This document shows positions 35,122-46,415 of a stretch of DNA of 64,000 nt, one piece after another. Within the stretch, counting starts at the first letter, position 1, and each line of letters starts with the position of its first letter. The stretch is from positions 1 through 64,000 of the forward strand of contig CAXUUL010000003.1 in NCBI GenBank assembly GCA_964255285.1. The letters run 5' to 3'. This DNA comes from Ionaspis alba. Taxonomy: Eukaryota. Under the pieces are notes generated by a model, which saw nothing but the letters and a program-made list of their open reading frames with translations, had not been told where the DNA came from and ran no database searches. The position numbers and the translations under genes are program-made.

Positions 35122-36101
35122 CTACTTCTTCTCGTACGAACTGTCGGACTTCAGCCACTCGGTCCAGCTCTTCAAGCCTGAATACTTCTTCTTCAAGGCC
35201 GCGATATCAACACCATATCCCTCCTCGTCGAACCACTGGAACATGTGATTCATGTCGTCCGACATCTGCAAAAATTGCTTGCCTTCCTCGGCCGAGCTAG
35301 ACGGCAAGGGATAACCCATCGTCTTCTCAAATGCGGACTTGATCTCCCCATAGGTGAGATCATCTCCAGCCAAGCTAATAGCCTGGTTCTTATACTGTTC
35401 GGGATGAAGAAGAGCTTGGGCGCCGAAGTAGCCGATGTCGCTTGTGGCGATGAGTTGGAGCTTGGTCTCGGGTTTGATACTGAACATCATTCCGCCCATG
35501 GCTTTGCCCTAAAAAGCAACGGGTTTTGTTAGAATCGGAGTCATACAAATTCCCGCTCGACCAATGGAGCACGAACCATAAAGTCAGGGCCGAAGTTATC
35601 CATGAAGGCAACGGGCCGCAGGATGGTGTAGCTCATTTTCTCGCCACTCTCGGTTGCCTTTTCGAGGTGCTTCTCGACGTTGTGCTTGGTGATGAAGTGC
35701 GGCACGTGCGTTGGATTCTCTGGAGAGCGGGCACCATGGCGATCGACGGAGGTGTAGACGAAGTGTGTGACGCCGTTTGCGAGGGCACCATCGACCAGTG
35801 CTTTGCCCTGGATCTCTTCCGCATCGAGGGATTGACCCTGGCCTGGAGGAGCTTGAATACTGAATACACGGTGAATTTGGGTATCGATGGACTTGAAGAT
35901 GGCAGGCACGTCGTCCAGATTCCCTTGGACGAGCTTAATGTTGGAGCTTTTCTTCGCCAGAGCTGCGGCCGAGCCGGAGTTGGGGTCCCGCGTGAGGGCG
36001 TAAATGGTCAAGTTGGAGCTGGCTGGGTCTTGGATGAGGGCGTTAATAACCGCCCCGCCCTGCTTGCCTGTTGCGCCAGAGATGAGGAGTGCCTTCGACA
36101 T
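35122..36101 (-). CDS. NmrA-like (atypical SDR, NAD(P)-binding) protein; one intron at about 35511-35576
   Basis: LISGATGKQGGAV Rossmann motif, GVTHFVYTSVDR, PHFITKHNVE, YTILRPVAFMDN and LAGDDLT. Confidence 0.9.
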
Positions 36102-36670
36102 TTTGATTCGAGAGCTGACCGGTATCCGAACACAGTATCACGTGGGAAAACCCGTTAGATTGTAGCAAGTGCTTTGACAGAAGTAATCAGACTTTGGTGA
36201 AGTTCAAGAGCAATTGGAAGACGTTTAAGGCTTGCAGACGGTACAAGCTGACAGTCACTTGGATCTGAGTACCTCGTGTGATGCAGTTGATTGTTATCGA
36301 AGGTGTGTGGTGTGTGGAAAGAGACATCTTCGGCCAGATACTTCGAGCCATTCTTATATCTAGGAGGTATACTACGGGCTACACGGTTCCCCTCGAGCCC
36401 CACCTGAGTACAAGTGCCATGTCGGCGAGAACAGACCGCCGAAGTTCCGTGCCTGCAGCTTACTGTACATCCAGGAGCATCTTCAAAGCTAACAAGGCTT
36501 AGGTAATGAAGAGAGCTCACCTAATTTAATCTCCATGCAGCTGAATAATGTCGGAGCGGAGACTCTAGCAATCCACGTCGTCGTCTCAATCGGGCCGGTG
36601 CCCCGCTGAACCATTTGCCAAGCTCCCGGACTTTCTTGACGACTTTGCCTCCGACCCCGCGGACACTGAG

Positions 36671-36880
36671 TCATCATTACAAAGATGAACAGAGGCTTTC
36701 GGAGACTTTCGGGCCGCTGGACAGGNNNNNNNNNNNNNNNNNNNNNNNNNNNNNNNNNNNNNNNNNNNNNNNNNNNNNNNNNNNNNNNNNNNNNNNNNNN
36801 NNNNNNNNNNNNNNNNNNNNNNNNNTCATCATTACAAAGATGAACAGAGGCTTTCGGAGACTTTCGGGCCGCTGGACAGG
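36671..36880. other. Assembly gap (100 N) flanked by an identical 55-bp duplicate
   Basis: 36671-36725 is identical to 36826-36880. Confidence 0.9.
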
Positions 36881-36900
36881 GCAATTGAGTGGTGCTGACC

Positions 36901-36923
36901 AATAAATCAATAAATCAATAAAT
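36901..36923 (+). repeat. Short tandem repeat (AATAAATC) x ~3
   Basis: aataaatc aataaatc aataaat read directly from the sequence. Confidence 0.7.
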
Positions 36924-37513
36924 ATTATTTACTTCTTCGCCGTCTGTTCGGGCTAGTTTGGCTCCCACTTCGCTGCCAACACCGTGTTTTTATTGTTATT
37001 GTTGCAGCTAGTCGGAGATGATGATCTAGAGGTCTACTGTTGCATGCAGCAGAGGGGCATTGTTGCAGAATCGAAGATCAAGCGTTTCACCGTCTGGCCT
37101 CTTGGACATCGCCGGGTCCTGCTTCGTCGATTTACAAGCCTTCCCGAGGCTTCTAGCGCCGCTCAAGTTGGTCGTATCACCTTTGTACGACGTTCGATGC
37201 GTGAGAATGATTTGCTGCTGTCGTCTTGGCTCCTCACTGCGTCTCGCATATTCCAGTTGCGTGACCTCGGGTATCCGTCCAATTCGAGTGTGTGACGTTA
37301 TCGCTTGCACCTGTGTGTGTGTGCTTGTGCTTCGACGGATGTCTGCTCGGATCGTGATGTGCAGCTCTCTATTCCCTGCGACCCAATTCGTCGATTCGCG
37401 CGCGAGTACTGGAACTGGAAAATGGTGGAGGTGCAACAGCTGAGATCGCTCACTGATATCAATGACTCCCACCTCAACCTCTCCGTGATTTGCCCCTCAC
37501 GCTCAGAAGCATT

Positions 37514-39085
37514 ATGGCTACGCGCAAGAGCATCTTGTTCTTCACCAGCAGTGAGCATGGGCAAGCGAACGTCGTGCTTGCCGTGGCTCATGAATTGCTT
37601 CTAACCAACGACTTCGACGTACATATAGCTTCATTCTCTCCCTTGCGGCCGCGAGTCGTTGAGCTCTCGCAGACCATTGCGAAACATGACAAGACCAAGA
37701 ACCTTACCTTCCATGCCATTACCGGCCTAACCATGATGCAGATGTTGTATAGAATTCCCGAAGAAGAAAGGATCATTGGACCGCATCCTTCTGGGTTCAA
37801 TGGAGCTTTGCATTCCTACAAAGCTCTTCCTCAACTACTCGCCGGCTGGACTGGAGCTGAATATGTCGAGACCGCCGAGAGCTCTATCGAGATCATTCGG
37901 ATCGTCAAACCTTGCATAGCAGTAATCGATTCATTTTTCAACCAAGCTATTGTTGCTTGTGATAAGATCTCACAAAAGTATATGATATTGAGTCCCAATT
38001 CGTTGAAGGACATCATCACGGTCAAGCAGCCCAAGGCAGCCATGTTCTGGAAATACCCTGCGTAAGTTCCGTGGACCTCATCATACATATGCTTATCCCC
38101 CTCTCGGGTTATCTGACCGGGTCAGGCCATATTCCTCGTTCCCATACCCAGTACCGTGGTCTTGCATTCCTGCCAACCTATATCTCAATATCCGCCTCAT
38201 TCTCGTTTTTTTGACTTCTCCTGCAATGCGGCATTTTGCCCACCAATGTAGCGAGCTTGGCATAAAAAAGTTGCCCTTTGGGGATCCTTGTCAAGACGGC
38301 ATCCACTACCTTTGCCCGTCGGCTCTGGAATCGGAATTCCACGTTGACTATATACCACCGAACGTCCACCCCTGTGGTCCAATCACACTGATAGTACAGC
38401 CTGTTTCCGAAAGCGATCCAGAGCTCGCCGCATGGCTAAAAAGGCGACCCACCATCTTACTGAACTTGGGCTCTCATATGGAGTCTGATGGGAAAGATGT
38501 TACTGCCATGGCAACCGGTCTGAGAATCGTTCTCGACCGTTGCGCCAACTTACAAGTGTTGTGGAAATTGAAATCCAAGGTCGAGATGATGGACAATCTT
38601 ACGAAGATCTTAGGCACGGAATTGTTGGCGGGTATCGTCAGAGTCGAGCCTTGGCTTGCTGTGGACCCTATCGCGATACTGAGAAGTGGGAATGTAATTT
38701 GCTCAGTTCACCATGGTGGCGTAAACTCATACTTCGAGGCCGTGGAGTAAGACATCTCTAAAGCTGTTGGCAAGATGAGATTTGCTTGCAAGCGAATCAA
38801 AACAGGACCGGAATTCCGCACGTTGTCCTACCACTGTGGTCCGACACCTATGATTATGCGATTCGAGTGGAGTATCTAGGAATCGGGGTGTACGGCAATC
38901 GTACTGCTGCACCCAGAGCTGAAGCGGCGGAGTTTTCCGAAGCTTTGATGAAGGTCGTTGGAGGGGGTGAAGAGGCTCGTTCGATGGTTCGAAAAGCTCA
39001 AGAACTGGCTGCCATTTGCGATAAAGCTGGAGGCCGCAAAATCGCCTGTCAAAAGATCTTGGAGGAGATCAATAATGTGGATTAA
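37514..39085 (+). CDS. UDP-glycosyltransferase (GT1, small-molecule acceptor type); introns 38062-38125 and 38747-38805
   Basis: ILFFTSSEHGQANVVLAVAHEL N-terminus, LLNLGSH, and the UDPGT signature region VEPWL...SVHHGGVNSYFEAVETGIPHVVLPLWSDTYDYA. Confidence 0.9.
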
Positions 39086-40020
39086 GGGGCGCAAGGTATT
39101 TCTGCCAATAAAAGTAGCCAACTCCACTTCATGATGTTGGAATACATTATGTTAGTCCAAAGCTTGGCTCGAGACCATGTAGACTGGTTGAAGACTGTTC
39201 AAACCAAATTGTCTACCCTCAACCACCTGATTTTCTGTTGCTCTATTTCACCGCTACAATCTATGGAAGCGGGCAACGACAGAAACGCAATTTGGAAGGC
39301 GGTCTACTCGTTAGATTGAATGAGTGTAAAGCCTGTCATGAAAAGGATTGGGAAGACGCCCGGGAGGAGGATTCATGGGTACCGGATGGGTGCCTCTGTG
39401 AAGACAACGTGATGAGCGCTGAGGATGCACAAGCTGATGTGCAATAGTTGTGTAATGTGTATTATATTATGCATCTCATGTCACAAGCACCCCACTACTG
39501 ACCACCCACCACCGCATGTCACTACTCGTCTCATTTTCCAGATTCACCAAACTCACCCTACCTGTGTTTGACCAGCACTAGAGCGAATCAGCTTGCCGTT
39601 TCCCTAAGCTTGGGGTCTACTCTCTTCGCTTAGTTTACAATCTGTCGACGAGCCATATTGAGCCTGCAACCTCTTTGACAAATCTCTCTCAAGACGCTCA
39701 CACCCCTCCCGTTCGAAAAGATCTCCAGACAGAAGACAACGTCAGCGTTACGGTAATGCCTGGTATCTAGTTATAGCCATATTTCCAAGGACACCACTTC
39801 TCTCGAGCTTGGGAGATCTCGGTCCTTACTTCATCCCCCGTCAGAAACTCTCGAAGAGGCGATTTAGGCATCCTCCAGTTAACGACGAACCCAACCTCAC
39901 TCTTTGACCCTCTACAGCTCACTGTGTCTCTGTTCTGTCTTTTCCCTCCCATCATCAATTCCAGTCCTTGGAATCATCATCTCTTCCCGCCTGGGCCGAG
40001 GCAGCCTGCCCGACCTCACC

Positions 40021-40524
40021 ATGGGCCTGGCATACAATGTCTACCTAAACTCCGATCGAATATTCGGCTGCAAGAACTGTAAAACACACCTCGCAAGTCA
40101 CGAGAGCATAATAAGCAGAGTATGTCCCCAATACTTCCATATCTTCGGTTTCCCAGCTCTTCACCCTAAACTTTCCACTCCTCCTGCACAACTCAATCTC
40201 ATCACCCCTCACACCTCCACTCATTTCTCAAGCCTGTCCATTACATAACCATCCATTACGCTCGCTAGCTAACAACCACTGCCTCGAAAGTCCTTCCGTG
40301 GTCAGCACGGCAAAGCTTACCTCTTCGCCTCCGTTGTCAACATCACCCAAGCGGATGCCGTTGAGCGTAACATGACAACCGGCCGTCACGTCGTGAGGGA
40401 TATATGCTGTCGGCAGTGCAAGGAGACGGTGGGGTGGAAATACGACAAAGCGTACGAGGCGTCAGAAAAGTACAAAGAGGGCAAGTTCATTTTGGAAGCG
40501 GAGCTTCTGTGCACGGTATACTGA
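40021..40524 (+). CDS. moh1: Yippee-like zinc-binding protein; exons 40021-40119 and 40291-40524
   Basis: MGLAYNVYL, FGCKNCKTHLA, SRSFRGQHGKAYLF, MTTGRHVVRDICCRQCKETVGWKY and KYKEGKFILE. Confidence 0.93.
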
Positions 40525-41312
40525 AAAGGCAGGCCTCGAAGTACTAGGGGATGAGGGCAGGGCGGATGTGAAAGTGATGGTCCAAGGGGTTCGGTGGAAC
40601 CAAGGCATATGAGAAGGGGATTTGGGGAACAGGGCTTGGAAATGTACAACAGTTTCAAGCTCTCAGGCACTTCGAACCCTTCAAACGTTACGCTATCTGC
40701 ACTCGGTCATGAAATCAGGTTATTCCCACCCTGTCAGGTCGACGCTGGAAAAGAACAAGTTTCGTATCTTGGACATGCACACTTATTCGACTGGAGTGAT
40801 GGTTCTCATGATATGGTAGGGGGAGCCATAGAAAATCAGCTGAAACCCCGCAATGGAGACAGTGCACAGGATGTCCTTGCCCCAGCCGTAATTAGCTCCA
40901 CTGGAGCCCAGGTGTATGATTACCATAACGACATGCCATTCTCTCGTCAGTCTTGAAAGGTACCGAGGCTTGTGCCTGTCTCCCAGCCTGATTGTGTATA
41001 ACCTAGCTCTATAGTCTTATCATATTACCATGTTTCCACGATTTCCAATGATCAGCAATATGTACCTATACTTACACCTACATTGCTCATTGAATGGCCT
41101 CGGCCAGTGTGGTCGTGACGATTTCATCGGTACATCGGAAGGTTGCGGGATTACCAATCAAATCAAGTGTGGGGAAAGCTTGAGCATGACACCATCAGAA
41201 ACGTGGAAGCCAAAGCACTGGACGAGCTCTTTTTGGGACCGCACGCCATGGAAATTGTGTATTTAGTTTACTTCGCAGAATTAAGAATCGTTGCCTAGAG
41301 AACCTGGACAGC

Positions 41313-42917
41313 ATGTCAGGTAGAACCATGAAAGCGGTTATCTTCAAGGGGCCTCACAGAGTAGTACTCGAAGATCGGCCTGTGCCTCAGATCAAAGACG
41401 ATACAGACATTATCGTCAAGGTTATTTACTCAGCTTTATGTGGAAGGTCAGAATCTTGATGGCTGATCGCTTGAGGAAAGGAGTCGTGGACCTTTGCTGA
41501 TTACAAACTACAGCGAGCTTCATGTCTTCAGGGTCAGAAGTCACCATTCCATCTGTAGTCTCGAACAAATGGACTCATCATGACTAGGGCCATCAACCGA
41601 GTGGGACTGATTTCATCATGGGGTAGGCCCTCGTTGCAAATCGACCAAGGTCATGCTGAAGGATCCGGGCAGCCATGAGTTCACCGGTACCGTGACAGAG
41701 GTTGGCGCTGCCGTGAAGAACTTCAAGGAGGGCGATCAGATTGTCTCGCCTTTCACGGTCTCTTGGTCAGCATCGAACAACCAAGCTTGAAGGTCCTCTA
41801 CTCAAGTTTCACCAGTTTGGAATGTTTCTACTGCAAGAACGGGTACTCCTCTAGGTGCGCCAAGGGCCTCCTCTTTGGTACGACCGCTCTTGATGGTGCT
41901 CAAGCCGAATACGTAAGAGCAGCTCCGGGAACGATGAGTTGCAGTATACTAACGCGTGCATAGGTACGCGTTCCCCTGGCAGATGGTACTGCTATGAAAG
42001 CTCCAAAGGAAATTGCAGATAATGCCTTGGTGTTGATGGCGGATATCTTTCCCACTGGTAAACTTGATGGCGAGGAATTTAGTTCCAGTTATTGACATGC
42101 AGAAGGTTACTTTGCAGCTTACAATGCCTTCAAAGAAATGACCAAGGAGCAGATAGCCGATGCCACGGTCGTGGTAATAGGTTGCGGTCCTGTTGGACTC
42201 TGTGCGCTGGTCAACGCCGAGGCATACAAACCGAAGAATCTCTTAGCTGTGGATTCGATTGAATCTCGGTTAGATCTTGCAAAGTCGCTGGGAGGAGAGC
42301 CTTGGAACTTTCAAGCCGATCGTGGGGGTCTGGATAAGAGAGTCAAAGAGCTAACAGATGGACGTGGTGCGGACGCCATCATCGAAGTTGTTGGATTGAG
42401 CCCTGCACTCAAGATGGGGTTCGAGCTCATGCGGCCCTGTGGAGTCATCTCTTCAGTTGGAGTCCATAATGGAGAGGTGAGTTCTGCTGTGATAGATTGG
42501 TGGACAGGCCTCGTGAAATCTGCTAACATTCCGCAGATACCATGGTATCTTGCTTCGCCGCCGCAATTAGATATCTTGCAAAAGCTGACGGCTTTCAGGT
42601 CGGGCAATGAGGCATATGGTAAGAACGTCCGCTGTCAAATGGGTCGTTGCCCGGTCCGTTCCATCTTCCCTCAAGCACTTGATATGCTTCAACAAAAGCA
42701 GCATCTTCTAGGGTAAGACAAGGCCATGATGCACTCATGCTGTTCGGGCTAATGAAACGAAGATTTATGTCGGACAAAATCATGCCGTTAAGTGAGGCAG
42801 TGAAAGGCTACGAACTCTTTGATCAGATGAAAGTACAGAAGGGTGAGTCCTGATGGATCAAGAAGCTCCAAAATAAAACTAAGCACGCTCGCAGTGGTTT
42901 TCGAAGCGCAAAAGTAG
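41313..42917 (+). CDS. Zn-dependent medium-chain alcohol dehydrogenase-like protein, 11 exons
   Basis: Spliced translation contains ALCGSELH, MGHEFTG, SCLECFYCKNGYSSRC (structural Zn), ADIFPTG and VIGCGPVG. Ten GT-AG introns traced. Confidence 0.9.
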
Positions 42918-43842
42918 ATCGAACACACAGGCATCGCAAGATCGCTAGGATAACGGGTCTCCATGGCACCAACACATGGTGATGCTGTATGATAGCAAGG
43001 GCTAGATTATGACAACCACCAGAAAAGGGACAATGATAAAAGCTTTCTGATGTACTGTAGGCCTTCAGTCATGCTTGAATCTTTACCAACAGCATAGAGA
43101 CAGGGTTTTATGCATCAAGGAGACTTGCAGCAGATAACGACTTGAGATGAGCCACATCTTGCGGAGCGGGAAACGACGGCATTGCATATGTAGGAGCCTC
43201 TTCCGTCCTAGGCGGAGGACGGTCGAGATTCGAACGTGGTGGCTTCTGCAGGCGGTTGGCTTGTATCCATGGCCGATGCGACTGAAGTCCTATGAACAAT
43301 ATGCTCAATATTAGGGTACATTCCTCAGTTCTTGCGGCCTCGTTCAGATACCACGGCAATCTTTTTGACTGGGCGACGCGAAACACGGTGAAGAAAAGCA
43401 GATCAAGAGTGGGGGAGCTAAACCGAATGCGACATCCCAAGGTAGAATTTTGGCCTTTCTTCGTTTACAGTCAACACCATCCACCTCCCACCTTCATCTT
43501 CTCTCTCATCCAACTCTTCTAACGTGTACTCACCTCCATCATCCCTCTCTACCTTCGGCCTCCCCACACCTTACCCGCCCTCTCTTCCTTACCTCACTAC
43601 CCCTTCTCCTGCACACCATCCGGCCTCTCCACTACATTATTCCCTGGCCTCGTTGAAGCTTGTCCACAGGTTTGTAAAAGCCCTCCTGGAACTAATGAAA
43701 CCACACCATAGCTAACACCACCCGAAGCCTCGCACTCTCAAATCAAGGACCTCGAGATCTATCGCGACCAGGACTAAGTGCAAGGCCTGCTATTCTATCT
43801 TGACCGTTAAGCAGAGCTATTCATACGGCATTATTCGCCACC

Positions 43843-45076
43843 ATGAGCACCACAGAAATCAGGAATGATAGTACCGAAGTGTCTAATCTCGCTGAGTCGA
43901 TGGGAAGAGTAAGCATGCAAGATGCAGGTGATGATCGTTTGGGTCCCGATGGCGAAGCGGCACCGAGGACCGAGGAGGAATACTCGCAGTCTCAATTGAC
44001 GCTTCGCGCCATTGTATCCTCGAAAGAAGCTGGTGTCATTATCGGCAAGGCTGGGAAGAATGTTGCTGATCTGCGTGACGAGACCGGTGTTAAGGCTGGT
44101 GTTAGTAAGGTCGTGCAGGGCGTGCATGATCGGGTGCTCACAGTTACCGGCGGACTGGACGGGATCTCTAAGGCTTATGCTATCGTTGCCAAGGGACTCC
44201 TAGAAGGAGCACCGCAAATGGGTATGGGTGGGGTTATCTCCAGCAACGGAACGCATCGTAAGTCCTCCTACTATGCGAGCTCATAAGAAATTGGAGCTCT
44301 GGTCACAAAGGCGCGTGCTTGATGGAGTCACGCCGATTTCGAGCATTCTAGTCATAGGCAGCTAACACGACTCACGAACAGCTGTGCGCCTCCTCATCTC
44401 TCATAATCAGATGGGCACAATCATTGGTCGTCAAGGGCTCAAAATCAAGCACATCCAGGACGTCTCTGGTGTTCGCATGGTTGCCCAGAAGGAAATGTTG
44501 CCTCAATCCACAGAACGTATTGTGGAAGTGCAAGGCACACCGGATGGTATCCAGAAAGCAATTTGGGAGATTGGAAAGTGTCTCGTCGATGATTGGCAGC
44601 GTGGCACGGGCACAGTACTCTACAACCCAGCCGTCCGAGCAGAGGTTGGACGTGGTGGACTTATGAACAATGCTGCTCCAAATCCAAGTTATGGCGGGAA
44701 CAGATCATACAATCGAACCGGCAATGGTGCTGATTTCAGTGATAATACTGGTTACAACCGTCGATCCAATTCGGATGCTGCGAACCGTGGCCCACCACCA
44801 ACTACCACCGAGGACGGAGAGGAGATACAGACCCAGAACATCAGCATCCCCGCGGATATGGTTGGATGCATCATTGGTCGAGGAGGAAGTAAGATTAGTG
44901 AGATCAGGAAGACCTCCGGTGCTCGTATCTCGATCGCCAAAGCTCCACATGATGAGACCGGAGAGCGAATGTTCACGATCATGGGAAGCGGAACTGCGAA
45001 CGAGAAGGCGCTGTATCTGCTCTATGAGAATCTGGAGGCCGAGAAGATGCGAAGGAGCCAGCAGCCACAGGAGTAG
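43843..45076 (+). CDS. Triple-KH-domain RNA-binding protein (hnRNP K / Hek2 / Rnc1-like); intron 44258-44381
   Basis: Three KH GxxG loops: AGVIIGKAG, MGTIIGRQG and VGCIIGRGG. Confidence 0.92.
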
Positions 45077-46415
45077 CAAAGCTACAGGAATATTCCAACG
45101 GAGGCCCTCGCCCTGTCCGGTTTGTGTCCCACTAGTCTTTGACCATGACTGGCGAACCTCGTCGAATCGTCGATGGATCCCTCGCAAAGGCCGTCCGATC
45201 TTGTCCCTTTACTCTGCCCCTACCCAAAAGTCTTATCTCACTTACTAGTCCCTACCACTTCAGCGGTGCTCTCCCACTTCTCATTCATGACGGGCTCAAG
45301 TCACGACTTTACGACCCTTGGCGTTTGCCTACGAGCCTTAACGGTGTTGTGCAATCACGAGCGACCTATCTTTGCTTGCGCCTCCTTGATGCCATTTCTT
45401 CGACGAGACCACAATTCCTTAAGCTTCCAAAATTTCTCACGAGGATTACTCACCGAGACACACAATCGAGTCTTCATTCTCGGACACTGGCTCCTCATCC
45501 ATATAACTACCTCTGCTCTGCCACCTTCGCCTCGCACTTCTTCCGAACACTGGACATCACCGGTCAGATTCTCTGAGCTATCATTACCTATCTTGGGGTG
45601 TGATGTAGAGAGGGTTAATTTACTTGTTCGGCAAAAGTATTATGTATTTAGATCCGGGGCTTGGCGGCTTAACAAAATTTCTCATGCCTGAAAAACCTTC
45701 TATTCCTTCCCAAATATGATCGTTGCGTGGCGATGAATTTAGTGATAGGAATCGGCGCTGCCAGTAAAATGGAGTATACGGGAAATTCTGTAGATCCACG
45801 GCTAGAGGAAGGTGTAGACGTCCCGTTGTTGGGATAATCTATGATTTAGGTGGGGGCCACCCCTCCCTTTGCCCTCTTTGACTACTACATATCTACTGTA
45901 CATCCGCAACTGCAAAAAGCATTTAGAGTGTTTAGTCTTTATATCCTGTTTCCACCAATCTCCTTCGTTTGCATTTATTTGAGACCAATGTCAGATGATT
46001 TTGACGAACTGGACTTCCTAGATCACCTGTTGAACGGACCTCACACGCCGGACCCAAGTCTGGATTTTTCTTCTCAACCGAACAACCGGCATCTGCGCTC
46101 ATACCTCGAAGGTCTCTTTGCCCTTGCCAACCCACTGAAGTCAAAGCATCCTCGCAATCTGATGCACTTTTGAGAGCAGGCGTCCTGCTGTGCGGGGCAG
46201 AGTTGGGTCTTGCAGGAGCCATAGCATTTCAGAGTTTCGAGAGGCTACGGCTACTTCGGGGACTCGTGGTAATAGAATGCCTGATGAAGATGCAAACGAT
46301 GGCGGTTCGTCTTCTCAATACTCCCCTTAGCCTCAGGGATAGCTCTTCCGAATGTTATTGTCTCTCAGATCTACGGACACCACGAACATCGTAGGGAATC
46401 GATCAAAAGAATTAA

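Noticed and set aside
35526..36158. 210-aa plus-strand ORF, and similar antisense ORFs within pmc1, vam7, kri1 and msg5
   Set aside because: Antisense shadows of real codon-biased genes.
36671..36880. 55-bp direct repeat that could be read as a transposon TSD/LTR or CRISPR-like repeat
   Set aside because: The copies abut a 100-N gap exactly, and the same 55-bp pattern recurs at the second gap. This fits an unmerged k-mer overlap from the assembler.
39131..39447. Small ORFs downstream of the UGT (including a CKAC...CLC peptide)
   Set aside because: No coherent start or splice model could be built and no family was recognised.
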